Source: an uncultured bacterium (GTDB lineage: Bacteria; Bacillota_I; Bacilli_A; RFN20; CAG-826). Taken from it: a stretch of DNA of 64,000 bases. Under the pieces are notes generated by a model. The model was not told where the DNA came from, did no database searches, and worked only from the letters and a program-made list of their open reading frames with translations. The stretch is taken from NCBI GenBank assembly GCA_949290395.1, contig CASERQ010000004.1, forward strand, positions 85,598-149,597. Reading direction: 5' to 3'. Each line of letters opens with the position of its first letter. Position 1 is the first letter of the stretch. Made by a program: the position numbers and the translations under genes. Positions 9,430 to 19,206 of this stretch are shown here, piece after piece.

Positions 9430-11318
9430 TGATTGTTTACTCTAAAACAAAAGCTGACTTTATTAGTGATGTTAGAGATGGTCTTATAGCTGATTTAATT
9501 GAAGAAGAGATGAAAAAGCGTAAGATTGGTTTTAATGTGATTTCTGAACATCGTGCTTGGCAAAATTCTTTACATTATATGAAAGATGTTTTAGATGATG
9601 AAGGTATAGATGGCGAATGTAAAGTTGCAGTTGAACTCCAAATACCTTTAACTTCTAAAAGAGTTGATTTTATTATTTGTGGTTGTGATGAATATGATAA
9701 TAACAATGTTGTAATCGTTGAGTTAAAGCAATGGGATGATAGTAAAGTAAGTGGAAGACCTGATGTAGTTTATGCATATACTGGAAACGCTATGCGATTT
9801 GTTACTCACCCATCTTATCAAGCTTATTCTTATGCAAAAATAATTGAAAATTTTAATGAATCAGTAAATAAATATCATATCAATTTTGAACCATGTTCTT
9901 ATCTTCATAACTACTCTGAAAAGAATAGAAGTCATATACAAAATAAATTATATGAAGAAGCAATTTCTTTAGCACCTATCTTTTTGGCACGTGATAGGAG
10001 TAAACTTACTGATTATATAAAGAAATTTATAAAGAAGAAGGATAGTATCGATATTTTATATCAAATTGACCATGGCAAGTTAAAACCATCAAAATCTTTA
10101 CAAGAAGCAGTAGTTGGTATGTTTAATGGCAACAAAGAGTTTTATTTAATTGATGAACAAAAAGTTGCTTATGAAATAATTAAATCAAAAATAAAAGATT
10201 CATTAAGAGTTGCCGATAAAGCAGAAAATGAATTTGGAAAATACACAATTATAGTGGAAGGTGGTCCAGGAACAGGAAAGAGTGTTGTTGCCCTTCAACT
10301 TTTATGTGATTTAATTAAAAATAATTATTCTGCTTTATACGCCACAAAAACGACCGCAACAAGAGAAGTATATTTTAAAAAATTAAGACAAGAAAAATAC
10401 AAATTATCATATTTAAAGAGCCTATTTGTTGGTACAGGTAGTTTTATTGATGCAAAATTAAATTATTTTGATTGCATAATAGTTGATGAAGCGCATCGAC
10501 TTATAAGTAAAAGTGGAATGTTCCATAACTTAGGCGAAAGTCAAATTAAAGAAATAATTCACGCTTCAAAAGTCTCTGTCTTCTTTATTGACGAAGATCA
10601 AATTGTTACTTCAAGTGATGTAGGAACAATTGACGAAATCATAAAAAGAGCAAAAGAAGAAGGCAGTAAGGTTATTCATAGCGAAGACTTGAAGCTTGTA
10701 AGTCAATTTAGATGTAATGGGTCTGATGGATATCTCAATTTTTTAGATAATTTATTAGGAATAAAAGAAACGGCCAATACTACTTTTGATCTTGACTATG
10801 AACTTAGACTCTTTAATAGCCCAAGCAAAATGAGAGAAGAATTAAGAAAGAAAAATTTTAACAACAAAGCAAGAATGGTCGCAGGTTATTGCTATGATTG
10901 GATTACAAAAGATAAAGTTGATTCATCAGAGTTCGATATTAACCTTGAGGATGATTTCCACGCAAAACGGAACTTTTCAAACACAAAAACTTGGGCAATT
11001 GATGAAAACTCTTTTGATGAAGTTGGCTGTATTCATACCTCACAAGGCTTAGAGTTTGATTATTGCGGAGTCATAATTGGAAAAGACTTAGAGTTTATTA
11101 ATAACAGAGTTGTTACAAATAAATATAATAGAGCCAAGACAGACCAATCTTTAAATGGCATTAAAAATAAAGTATCTGAAGCGGTAAAAGTCGATAGAAT
11201 AATTCGAAATACCTATAAGGTATTATTAACTAGAGGCATGAAAGGCTCTTATATTTATTGTGAAGATAAAAATTTACTTAAATATATTAGTGAAATGACT
11301 GGAATTGCGATTGAGTAA
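9429..11318 (+). CDS. Second nuclease-helicase paralog (RecB-like PD-(D/E)xK nuclease + DUF2075/SF1-like ATPase)
   Basis: Same architecture as 7197..9071: VAVELQ...RVDFIICG...VVIVELKQWDD...QAYSY; Walker A GGPGTGKS; CIIVDEAHR; SQFRC; IHTSQGLEFDYCGVIIG; YKVLLTRGMKGSYIY. Confidence 0.6.
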   Translation: MIVYSKTKADFISDVRDGLIADLIEEEMKKRKIGFNVISEHRAWQNSLHYMKDVLDDEGIDGECKVAVELQIPLTSKRVDFIICGCDEYDNNNVVIVELKQWDDSKVSGRPDVVYAYTGNAMRFVTHPSYQAYSYAKIIENFNESVNKYHINFEPCSYLHNYSEKNRSHIQNKLYEEAISLAPIFLARDRSKLTDYIKKFIKKKDSIDILYQIDHGKLKPSKSLQEAVVGMFNGNKEFYLIDEQKVAYEIIKSKIKDSLRVADKAENEFGKYTIIVEGGPGTGKSVVALQLLCDLIKNNYSALYATKTTATREVYFKKLRQEKYKLSYLKSLFVGTGSFIDAKLNYFDCIIVDEAHRLISKSGMFHNLGESQIKEIIHASKVSVFFIDEDQIVTSSDVGTIDEIIKRAKEEGSKVIHSEDLKLVSQFRCNGSDGYLNFLDNLLGIKETANTTFDLDYELRLFNSPSKMREELRKKNFNNKARMVAGYCYDWITKDKVDSSEFDINLEDDFHAKRNFSNTKTWAIDENSFDEVGCIHTSQGLEFDYCGVIIGKDLEFINNRVVTNKYNRAKTDQSLNGIKNKVSEAVKVDRIIRNTYKVLLTRGMKGSYIYCEDKNLLKYISEMTGIAIE

Positions 11319-11421
11319 TATCTATTTCACCATATTGACATTCCCCTTCTTTCTTTCCATAATAATCTCAGTTTGAAAACTTTATTTCAAACTCTATAAA
11401 ATACAAAAAGGATATAGAATT

Positions 11422-13947
11422 ATGAATGAATTTATATTTAATAATTTACGTTTTGAATTACTAGATGAAGAGATAATTCATATTGAAAAAGGTAGTTCTG
11501 CAGGTTTTTTAAATGAAAACACATTTTTTATTCCTTCTAAAACTGAATTAAATAGAAGTGAATTCTTTGTTCAAGATAATGGTGACTATTTCACTCTTTT
11601 CATGAATGAATACTATCTTGTCTTCTTTAAGCGAGATGGATTAAAAGATTTAAAAGTCTACGATAAGTATGGTTCTATCTTATATACATATAAAAGAAAA
11701 GTTAATTCAGGAGAACTTCCTAGTGCAATAGACACTCCGGCTATTTTTAGTGTTCATGATAATCCTAGAATGGTATTGCCAAGTGAAGGATATTCTTCTA
11801 AATCATTCGATAAGAAAGAAAGCTTAAAAGTAGAAGAAAAAGTTGATGATGTATATCTTCTTCTTGCTAAAGGCGGAGCCGCTAAATTAAGAGAGTTATA
11901 CGTTAAACTAACAGGAAGAAGCGAACTAGTTCGCTTTAAAACCTTAGGTTTTTGGAATTCTAGATACTATAAATATAATGAAGAAAGCGCTAAAAAGATG
12001 ATTGATGATCATAAAGCACATGATATTGCTTTAGACAACATGGTCATTGATACTGACTGGCGTAAAGCTAATGATATAGGAATAGGATATGACATTGATA
12101 CAACCTTATTCCCTGATATGAAGCGCTTTTTTAAGTATGCTCACACAAAAGACGTTGAAATCATGTTTAATGATCATCCAGAACCAGTAAAAGGTGCAGA
12201 GCACGTATATAGCGAAAGCGAAGTTAGATTTAGAGAAGAAAAATTAACTTATATATTAAGTCTAGGTCTTGATTATTGGTGGTATGACCGTAACTGGATA
12301 ACTTGTCTTAAATCGCCAAGTGAAAATATTAATCCAGAAACAATGGGACAATATCTATTTACAGATATTACAAAACACTACTTTGAAGGCGTAACTAAAA
12401 ATAAGGAAATATATAAAAGACCAATAGTCATGTCTAACGTTGATAACGTACTCAATGGAACATATCTTGGTATCAAAAATTCAGCAAGTCATAGATATCC
12501 TTTCCAATGGACTGGAGATATTCAATCTTCTCTTGATTCATTAAGTAGAGAAGTTAAAAACTTAATCAAAGGATGCTCTAGTGAAATCACTTATATTAAC
12601 GCTGATATAGGAGGCCACGTAGGAAATCCTAGTAAAGAAGAATATATCCGCTGGATGCAATTTGGAGCTTTCTCTCCTATATTTAGAGTACATGCAACAA
12701 ATTGCGTTATAAGATTTCGTGAACCATGGAATTATGATGAAGAAACCTTAGATATTTCTAGAAAATATATCAATATGAGATATCGCTTAATTCCTCTTTT
12801 ATACTCAAAAGCTCATGATAACTATGAAACAGGTGAACCTTTATTTAAAGAACTTGGATTTAACTATAAGGACAATGGAAGTAAGAATAACTTCTCTGAA
12901 TATTTACTAGCAAATGATATTCTCATTTCTCCATTCTCTTTCCCTGAATCAAAGATATGTAAGAAAGATGTATATGTAGGAAAAGTAAAAGCAAGTTTCT
13001 TTAATAACACTAAATTTGAAGGAAAACCAGTTGCCACAAAAGAATACGATGAACTTAATCTTCATTTTGTAGATGAAGCGCCTATTAAAGAACTTACTCC
13101 TTATAACTATACAGTTCGCTTTGAATTTAAAGTTAAGTTTAAAGAAGATACTAAGTTAATTGTTGCTAGTGATGATGGAGCAACAGTTTATGTTAATGAT
13201 AAGCTTGTTCATGTAGATTCTTCTAGTCACGCTTTATCTCCTGCAGAAATTGGTGTCGCTAAGAAAAACGAGGTACTTAACATTAGAGTTGATTACTATC
13301 AATATGAGGGCGGAGCCCAAATATATCTAGCTGGTGTACCTTTAAAGAAAGCACTTAAGAATGCATATTTACCAAAGGATGAATGGATTGATGTATTTAG
13401 TGGCGTAGAATATAAAGGCGAAACAAAAGTCAGGAAAAACGAAGAAATCCTTGTAGAAATGCCTTTATTTATTAGAAAAGGATCTATCATTCCTCTTGTA
13501 AAAGAAAAGAACAGAGTTCTTGATTTAGATTATTCTAAACTTACTCTTGATGTATATCCATCACTCACTAGTGAAGATCATCAAGCTTTATATGAAGATG
13601 ACAATAAAACAACTGCTTATAAATATGGTAAATATAGAAAGACATATTTAGATTACTATTTTGACCATAATGAAAATGCAGGAGTAGTTCATATCTCTAA
13701 AGCTATCGGAGATTATGAAAACAAAATTAAATCAAGACACATCACTTTAAGATTTAATATCCTAGAAGGATTTGAGGGTGTAACAGGAGTTACAATAAAC
13801 GGAGAAAGCATTGAAACTAAGTTTACTAAAAAGAATCCTAAGTTAATGCCATTTAGTTATGGAAAAGCAAATAATGCTTTAGATAACTATACAGTTGAGT
13901 TTGATATTGATTTAGATAAAGAGTATTTTGTGAAGTTTTATTTTTAG
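11422..13947 (+). CDS. GH31-family glycoside hydrolase (alpha-glucosidase/alpha-xylosidase-like) with C-terminal PA14-like domain
   Basis: VIDTDW, FNDHPEP, QWTGDIQSS and ADIGGH...WMQFGAFSPIFRVH motifs characteristic of GH31. The C-terminal region has a PA14-like beta-sandwich signature (VDYYQYEGGAQIYLAG). Confidence 0.6.
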   Translation: MNEFIFNNLRFELLDEEIIHIEKGSSAGFLNENTFFIPSKTELNRSEFFVQDNGDYFTLFMNEYYLVFFKRDGLKDLKVYDKYGSILYTYKRKVNSGELPSAIDTPAIFSVHDNPRMVLPSEGYSSKSFDKKESLKVEEKVDDVYLLLAKGGAAKLRELYVKLTGRSELVRFKTLGFWNSRYYKYNEESAKKMIDDHKAHDIALDNMVIDTDWRKANDIGIGYDIDTTLFPDMKRFFKYAHTKDVEIMFNDHPEPVKGAEHVYSESEVRFREEKLTYILSLGLDYWWYDRNWITCLKSPSENINPETMGQYLFTDITKHYFEGVTKNKEIYKRPIVMSNVDNVLNGTYLGIKNSASHRYPFQWTGDIQSSLDSLSREVKNLIKGCSSEITYINADIGGHVGNPSKEEYIRWMQFGAFSPIFRVHATNCVIRFREPWNYDEETLDISRKYINMRYRLIPLLYSKAHDNYETGEPLFKELGFNYKDNGSKNNFSEYLLANDILISPFSFPESKICKKDVYVGKVKASFFNNTKFEGKPVATKEYDELNLHFVDEAPIKELTPYNYTVRFEFKVKFKEDTKLIVASDDGATVYVNDKLVHVDSSSHALSPAEIGVAKKNEVLNIRVDYYQYEGGAQIYLAGVPLKKALKNAYLPKDEWIDVFSGVEYKGETKVRKNEEILVEMPLFIRKGSIIPLVKEKNRVLDLDYSKLTLDVYPSLTSEDHQALYEDDNKTTAYKYGKYRKTYLDYYFDHNENAGVVHISKAIGDYENKIKSRHITLRFNILEGFEGVTGVTINGESIETKFTKKNPKLMPFSYGKANNALDNYTVEFDIDLDKEYFVKFYF

Positions 13948-14011
13948 ATTAAACTAATAGTATTTATCTAAAATCTTTGCAAAACAAAACTAAAATTATT
14001 TAATTTGTTTG

Positions 14012-14042
14012 AAACCAGGAGATGAGTTTTCCTGGTTTTTTT
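14012..14042 (+). terminator. Rho-independent terminator after the GH31 gene
   Basis: Hairpin AACCAGGA-loop-TCCTGGTT followed by a T7 run. Confidence 0.7.
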
Positions 14043-14322
14043 GCATTAAAAATCACACATGATTTTTAGATTGATATTTGTGTTAATAATTATTTTGATA
14101 AAAGCAAAATAAGAAGCGCCACATTTGAAAATATAAGATAACCAATGTTGACGTTTTCATTTTCTTTAATTGATAATTCTTATATTGTTGGTACCAAAAC
14201 ATAATTAAAGCTTATTTTGTTGAAGTCAGTAAAGGCTTTAAAGACATTTTTATTACCGATAATACATAAAATCACAATTTTTCTCTTAAAAATGTTAAGA
14301 TATGTACGAAAGGTAATAAAAA

Positions 14323-14519
14323 TGTCTAAAATCGGAGATTTTGTAAAAAGTGAAAGAAAGAAAAATGGATTAAAGCAAGAAGATCTTGCTTTATATGCTG
14401 GAGTTAGTACTAAATTTATTAGTCAACTTGAGAACGGAAAAGAGACTTTAAAATTAGATAAAATAAATCAAGTCTTAGATATTTTTGATGTTGAATTAAT
14501 ACCAACAAAAAAGTACTAA
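14323..14519 (+). CDS. XRE-family helix-turn-helix transcriptional regulator (small, HipB/Cro-like)
   Basis: 65 aa from ATG 14323 (MSKIGDFVKSERKKNGLKQEDLALYAGVSTKFISQLENGK), a classic HTH_3 motif. The upstream part of the 14217 track ORF lacks a start context. Confidence 0.5.
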
Positions 14520-14938
14520 GGGTATGAAATTAAAGAATTTTCTAGAATGAAAAAATGGTTGCAAAAGTCCTATTTTTTTTATCAAAATTTTTTACGTTTC
14601 TCGGAATGAAAACCTTACATTTTCCGGAATTAGCTTTTAATATTATTCGATTGTGTTTCTTATTATCAATGATAATTGAATGTATAGATGGTTTTATTGT
14701 TAATTGTTTAATTGGTAAATATTTTATTGGCCTGTGCCCTTATCATCATTTGCGTTAATTGTTCATAGATAACGCAACAAGAAAGAAGTTTTCGTTTACG
14801 TTCAATTAATAATTCTTATAATGTTTTGCTTCTTAAATATAAAGAATTTTAAGATTTGACAAACCTGCCAGTTTTGAACTCTTTTAATCCATATTGCATG
14901 AGTACTAAAATATTTTCGTTAGTCGAAAGGATTTTAGT

Positions 14939-17116
14939 ATGAAAAAGAATAGATTATTATTAGCTCTTTCTTTAGTTGGCTTTTTAACTGGTTGTGGTGC
15001 TCCACAAGAAAATACAGAAGGAAAAAACAGCCAAACTGAAGTCGCTAATGGAAAAGATGGAGTAGGTATTAAATCAATTACACTTACAACAAGTGAAGGA
15101 AATGTTGATACATATACAATTACATATACGAATAACACTACAACAACATTTAAAGTAACTAATGGTGTTAATGGTGAGCAAGGTATTCAAGGTGAACCAG
15201 GAGCTGATGGACATACTCCTGTTATCACAATTGGAGAAAATGGAAATTGGTTTATTGATGGCGTAGATAGTGGCGTTAGCGCAAAAGGTACACAAGGTGA
15301 ACAAGGCCCAGAAGGCCCACAAGGACCTCAAGGTGATCAAGGGGAACCTGGAAAAGATGGTAATGGTATTAAAGAAATCAAGTTAACCAAAACTGAAGGT
15401 AATGTAGATACATATACCATCTATTTTACTGATGGTACAGAAACCACATTCACAGTTACAAATGGTGCTGATGGCGAAGCTGGGATTGACGGTGAACCAG
15501 GTGAAGATGGACATACCCCTGAAATCACAATTGGTGAAAACGGAAACTGGTTTATTGATGGAGTAGATACTGGATTCTCAGCAAAAGGCACACAAGGAGA
15601 ACAAGGTGAACAAGGCCCTCAAGGCGATAAAGGTGAAGCTGGTGAAGATGGCCAAGACGGGAACGGCATTAAAGAAATTAAATTAACTAAAACTGAAGGT
15701 AATGTTGATACTTATACTATTTACTTTACAGATGGTAAAACAACAACTTTTGATATAACTAACGGAACAAGTGGAGAAGACGGAAAATCTGCATTTGAAA
15801 TATTCAAAGAATATAATCCTGATTATAAAGGCACTGAAAAAGATTGGATAAATGACATCATCAACGGTGAATTTAATAAGATTAAAGTTACTTTTGATGC
15901 AAATGGCGGAACTATTGATGGCGAAAACACTGTTGAAATTAAACAAGGGCAATCTTTAGGTGATAATCTTCCTGTTCCAACCAAACCTGGGAAAACATTC
16001 TTAGGTTGGTATACAGGATGGTCTGTGGCTGATGCAGAAGTTAACAAAATGACTCAAATTCATTCGGATTTAACATTGATTGCTAAATGGGACACGTATG
16101 ATGTTAAATTCTTGGATAAAGATGGTAATGTGTTTGAGACTAAAATTGTCAATCACGGGGATAAAGTTAGCGCGCCAGAGGATAAACCTTCATCCATTTT
16201 TGACTCCTATATTTTTTTAGAGTGGGAATATGATTTTGAAAAAATGATCTACTCCGATTTAGAAATTGAATCTTCTTGGAAGGCAAATGATGATGTTATT
16301 TTGACTTTTGGTTCTTATCCACAGTCTGTTGTAAAAGATAACGAGTTAAAAAAGCAACTTAGCAATTTAGAAAATGGACAAGTTTCAGGAAGCATTTTGG
16401 AATTTGATTTTAACGATGATGGTAACAAAGAAAAATATTTGTGCCAAAATGTTGAAAACGAGCGTTTGTCGAATGATAACATGAAAATTGAGAAAGGTAT
16501 AAATTATTTCCTATTTGAACCAATTCGCTGGACTGTTTTGCGCAAGGATGCTTCCGCATATTCATTGGTTACCGAAAGTGTTATCGATGTGCAATATTGG
16601 AATACAGAGTTTTATGAATATAAGGACCCTGAAACTTTTGAAGTAGAACAAATTTATAATAATTATGAAAAATCGACTATAAGAAAATGGTTGAATGATG
16701 AATTTTTAAATTTGGCATTTAATGATGTTGAGAAAAATACGATTTTAACAACTGAAGTTGATAATAGCCCAACTTCAACAAATAACGAGGAAAATAAATA
16801 TTGTTGTAATAATACAATTGATAGAGTTTATCTCTTAAGTAAGCAGGAAATCACTTCTGATCCTTTTTCTAATAGTGTAAGTCAAAAAGATCCCAAACGA
16901 ATAGGCAAAACTACTGATTATGCTAGATGTGTAGCAACAGAAGAAATGTTAATGGATATTGAAACATATGGAAATATAGCGTGGTGGACAAGATCTCCAA
17001 GTGCAAAGTTTAATTATAGTTCTACATGTGTGTGGAATATAGGAAGTGTAGGAGAAAGTTTTAACGTTAATTTTCATAGATATGGAGTTAGACCAGCATT
17101 AAAGGTTTCTATTTGA
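14939..17116 (+). CDS. Surface lipoprotein with collagen-like GXY triplet repeats, repeated GNVDTYTI..TDG..T.F.VTNG modules, a Listeria-Bacteroides (Flg_new) repeat and a conserved C-terminal domain
   Basis: Signal peptide with lipobox LTGCGAP. Runs of G-x-y triplets (GEQGIQGEPGADG, GTQGEQGPEGPQGPQGDQGEPGKDG). Repeated motif HTPVITIGENGNWFIDGVDSG. Flg_new-like VTFDANGGT...GKTFLGWYT. C-terminal region ends WWTRSP...GVRPALKVSI. Confidence 0.7.
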   Translation: MKKNRLLLALSLVGFLTGCGAPQENTEGKNSQTEVANGKDGVGIKSITLTTSEGNVDTYTITYTNNTTTTFKVTNGVNGEQGIQGEPGADGHTPVITIGENGNWFIDGVDSGVSAKGTQGEQGPEGPQGPQGDQGEPGKDGNGIKEIKLTKTEGNVDTYTIYFTDGTETTFTVTNGADGEAGIDGEPGEDGHTPEITIGENGNWFIDGVDTGFSAKGTQGEQGEQGPQGDKGEAGEDGQDGNGIKEIKLTKTEGNVDTYTIYFTDGKTTTFDITNGTSGEDGKSAFEIFKEYNPDYKGTEKDWINDIINGEFNKIKVTFDANGGTIDGENTVEIKQGQSLGDNLPVPTKPGKTFLGWYTGWSVADAEVNKMTQIHSDLTLIAKWDTYDVKFLDKDGNVFETKIVNHGDKVSAPEDKPSSIFDSYIFLEWEYDFEKMIYSDLEIESSWKANDDVILTFGSYPQSVVKDNELKKQLSNLENGQVSGSILEFDFNDDGNKEKYLCQNVENERLSNDNMKIEKGINYFLFEPIRWTVLRKDASAYSLVTESVIDVQYWNTEFYEYKDPETFEVEQIYNNYEKSTIRKWLNDEFLNLAFNDVEKNTILTTEVDNSPTSTNNEENKYCCNNTIDRVYLLSKQEITSDPFSNSVSQKDPKRIGKTTDYARCVATEEMLMDIETYGNIAWWTRSPSAKFNYSSTCVWNIGSVGESFNVNFHRYGVRPALKVSI

Positions 17117-17198
17117 GAAGTTTTCATTATAAAGCCTAAGGAATTACTTATTTATTGTTTTAATTGATTTTCTTTTGGAAATATTGTTTGCTTCCTCC

Positions 17199-17225
17199 TT
17201 TACATCCCCCTCTCATTGTTATAAA
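17199..17225 (+). promoter_or_regulatory. Candidate sigma-A promoter for the metK leader (TTTACA-15-TGtTATAAA)
   Basis: -35 TTTACA at 17199-17204. Extended -10 TGTTATAAA at 17217-17225. Predicted TSS near 17232, at the start of the structured leader. Confidence 0.35.
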
Positions 17226-17231
17226 CTTGTA

Positions 17232-17402
17232 TCACTTATCAAGAATCACACAAATATTAAGTGAAAAAGTGTGATAGCAACTCTCTTAAATAGAGTAAGT
17301 GCTCCTTAATAGCAAGGTCCCACAAGCCTTGAACGATAAGAGTGGATGAAGAAGATTATAACTCCCACAAACTTGTGGGAGTTTTTTAGTAGAGGAATAT
17401 AT
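17232..17402 (+). promoter_or_regulatory. Structured metK 5' leader ending in an intrinsic terminator (riboswitch-like attenuator, possibly a SAM-responsive variant)
   Basis: 5' CUUAUCAAGA ... GAUAAGAG 3' closing helix (17235-17244 / 17335-17342) enclosing three internal hairpins (AUCACAC/GUGUGAU, ACUCU/AGAGU, CAAGG/CCUUG). Then terminator hairpin CTCCCACAA/TTGTGGGAG plus T6 (17362-17387), immediately upstream of the metK RBS. Confidence 0.35.
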
Positions 17403-18563
17403 ATGGAAGAAAGAATTTTATTTACAAGTGAATCTGTTAGTGAAGGACATCCTGATAAGGTCTGTGACCAAATAAGTGATGCAATACTTGATGCAGTATT
17501 AAAAGAAGATAAGGATAGCTTTGTTGCTTGCGAATGTTTTGCAACAACTGATTTCCTTTTAATAGGAGGAGAGATTACAACAAAAGCTAAAGTTGATTAT
17601 GAAAAAGTAGCTCGTGAAGTTATAAAAGATATTGGCTACGATAAAGACGAACTTGGTTTTAACTATAAGACAGTTAAAATCTTAAACAAGATTAAAACCC
17701 AATCTCCTGATATTAGACAAGGCGTATATAATGATGATCCTCTTTTATATGGAGCAGGCGATCAAGGAATTATGTTTGGCTATGCTTCTAATGAATCAGA
17801 AGGATATATGCCTCTTGCAATCTGTATTGCTCATAAACTTGTTAGAATTGCAACTCAACTTAGAAAAGAAGGAAAGTTTAAAAGTGCCCGTCCTGATATG
17901 AAAAGTGAAGTTACAATAGACTATACAGAGACTAAACCTCGCATCAAAACAATCCTAATGTCCTGCCAACATGATCCAGATTATGATGAAAAAGAATTTA
18001 AAGCTTTCATTGAAAATGAAATTATGAAAAAAGTTGCTCTTTCTTTTGATTTAAATACCGACTTTGAAGTTTTAATTAATCTAACTGGTAGATTTGTTCT
18101 TGGAGGACCAGCTGGGGATACAGGATTAACAGGAAGAAAGATTATTGTTGATACGTATGGGGGAAGTGCCCGCCATGGAGGTGGCGCGTTTAGTGGCAAA
18201 GACCCATCAAAGGTTGATAGAAGTGCAGCCTATCTAGCGCGTTACATCGCAAAAAATTTAGTTGCAGCAGGCGTTGCTGATAGACTTGAAGTTCAACTTT
18301 CTTACGCAATAGGCAAGGCTGAGCCTTTATCAGTTTCAATATCAACTTTTAAAACGTCTCACTATAGTGATGCTAAAATTTTAGAAATTATAAGAAAAGT
18401 ATTTGATACGAGACCTGGCGCTATAATTAAAAATTTCTCTTTAAAAGAACCATCGTTTAAATATAAAGATATTTCTAATTATGGACATTTTGGTAGACCA
18501 GATTTAGATTTACCTTGGGAAAAACTTGATAAAGTAGACGAAATTAAATCTCTTTTAAAGTAA
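17403..18563 (+). CDS. metK: S-adenosylmethionine synthetase
   Basis: MEERILFTSESVSEGHPDKVCDQISDAILDA... with canonical GHPDK motif and GGGAFSGKDPSKVDRS signature. The track ORF starts earlier, but ATG 17403 follows the RBS and terminator. Confidence 0.9.
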   Translation: MEERILFTSESVSEGHPDKVCDQISDAILDAVLKEDKDSFVACECFATTDFLLIGGEITTKAKVDYEKVAREVIKDIGYDKDELGFNYKTVKILNKIKTQSPDIRQGVYNDDPLLYGAGDQGIMFGYASNESEGYMPLAICIAHKLVRIATQLRKEGKFKSARPDMKSEVTIDYTETKPRIKTILMSCQHDPDYDEKEFKAFIENEIMKKVALSFDLNTDFEVLINLTGRFVLGGPAGDTGLTGRKIIVDTYGGSARHGGGAFSGKDPSKVDRSAAYLARYIAKNLVAAGVADRLEVQLSYAIGKAEPLSVSISTFKTSHYSDAKILEIIRKVFDTRPGAIIKNFSLKEPSFKYKDISNYGHFGRPDLDLPWEKLDKVDEIKSLLK

Positions 18564-18662
18564 AAACCTTTCAAAAATAGGATATTTTATTAAAAAATTG
18601 CGAGTATATATCATTCGCAATTTTTTAATAAAACGAATATAATAGTTTCTAGAGGTTAATAT

Positions 18663-19115
18663 ATGAATAAATATATGAAAGAGGCTATTAAAGAAGCCAA
18701 GAAAGGTATTTTAAGTGACCATGGAGGTCCTTTTGGTTCAGTAATAGTAAAAGATAATAAGATTATTGCTAGAGCTCATAATGAAGTTATTAAAAGCCAA
18801 GATCCAACGTGTCATGGAGAGATGCAAGCGATAAGAAAAGCATGTAAAAAATTAAAAACTTTTGATTTATCAGGTTGTGAACTTTATACAACAGGTGAGC
18901 CTTGTCCAATGTGTCTAGGGGCAATTTTATGGGCAAGAATTGATAAAGTCTATTATGGATCAAATGTTATAGATACTAAAAAGATTGGATTTGATGATTT
19001 AGAGTTTTATGAAAAACTTAAAAACAAAGATGAGTTTTTAGTTGAGTTAGATAGAGATGCTTGCTTAAAACTCTATGAAGAATATATGGCTTTAGAAAAG
19101 AAGTCGGAGTATTAA
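18663..19115 (+). CDS. Cytidine/deoxycytidylate-deaminase-fold enzyme, guanine deaminase (GuaD)-like / tRNA adenosine deaminase-like
   Basis: 150 aa with HGE...PCPMC zinc-binding motifs (CHGEMQAIRKA; GEPCPMCLGAILWARI). Close in length and sequence pattern to Bacillus GuaD. Confidence 0.6.
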   Translation: MNKYMKEAIKEAKKGILSDHGGPFGSVIVKDNKIIARAHNEVIKSQDPTCHGEMQAIRKACKKLKTFDLSGCELYTTGEPCPMCLGAILWARIDKVYYGSNVIDTKKIGFDDLEFYEKLKNKDEFLVELDRDACLKLYEEYMALEKKSEY

Positions 19116-19206
19116 ATTAGTCTTAGTAATTTAGTAATTATTCTATAAGTTGGTTTTCATTTTTTATCTTAATATATAATGAAATTAGAAGTTGGGGAGT
19201 AATTTA

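Noticed and set aside
14217-14322. N-terminal extension of the XRE ORF (track start 14217)
   Set aside because: The extension is hydrophobic and has no RBS. ATG 14323 directly precedes a textbook HTH.
14555-14758. 67-aa hydrophobic ORF downstream of the XRE regulator, with a T9 homopolymer at 14572-14580
   Set aside because: It has no RBS and a low-complexity hydrophobic translation. The T9 tract lies about 360 bp upstream of the lipoprotein start, too far for a typical promoter-spacer phase switch. I could not support either a gene or a phase-variation element.
17346-17402. Track ORF start for metK at 17346 (MKKIITPTNLWEFFSRGIY...)
   Set aside because: This segment spans the leader terminator hairpin and T-run. 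The conserved MetK N-terminus begins at ATG 17403, preceded by an RBS.
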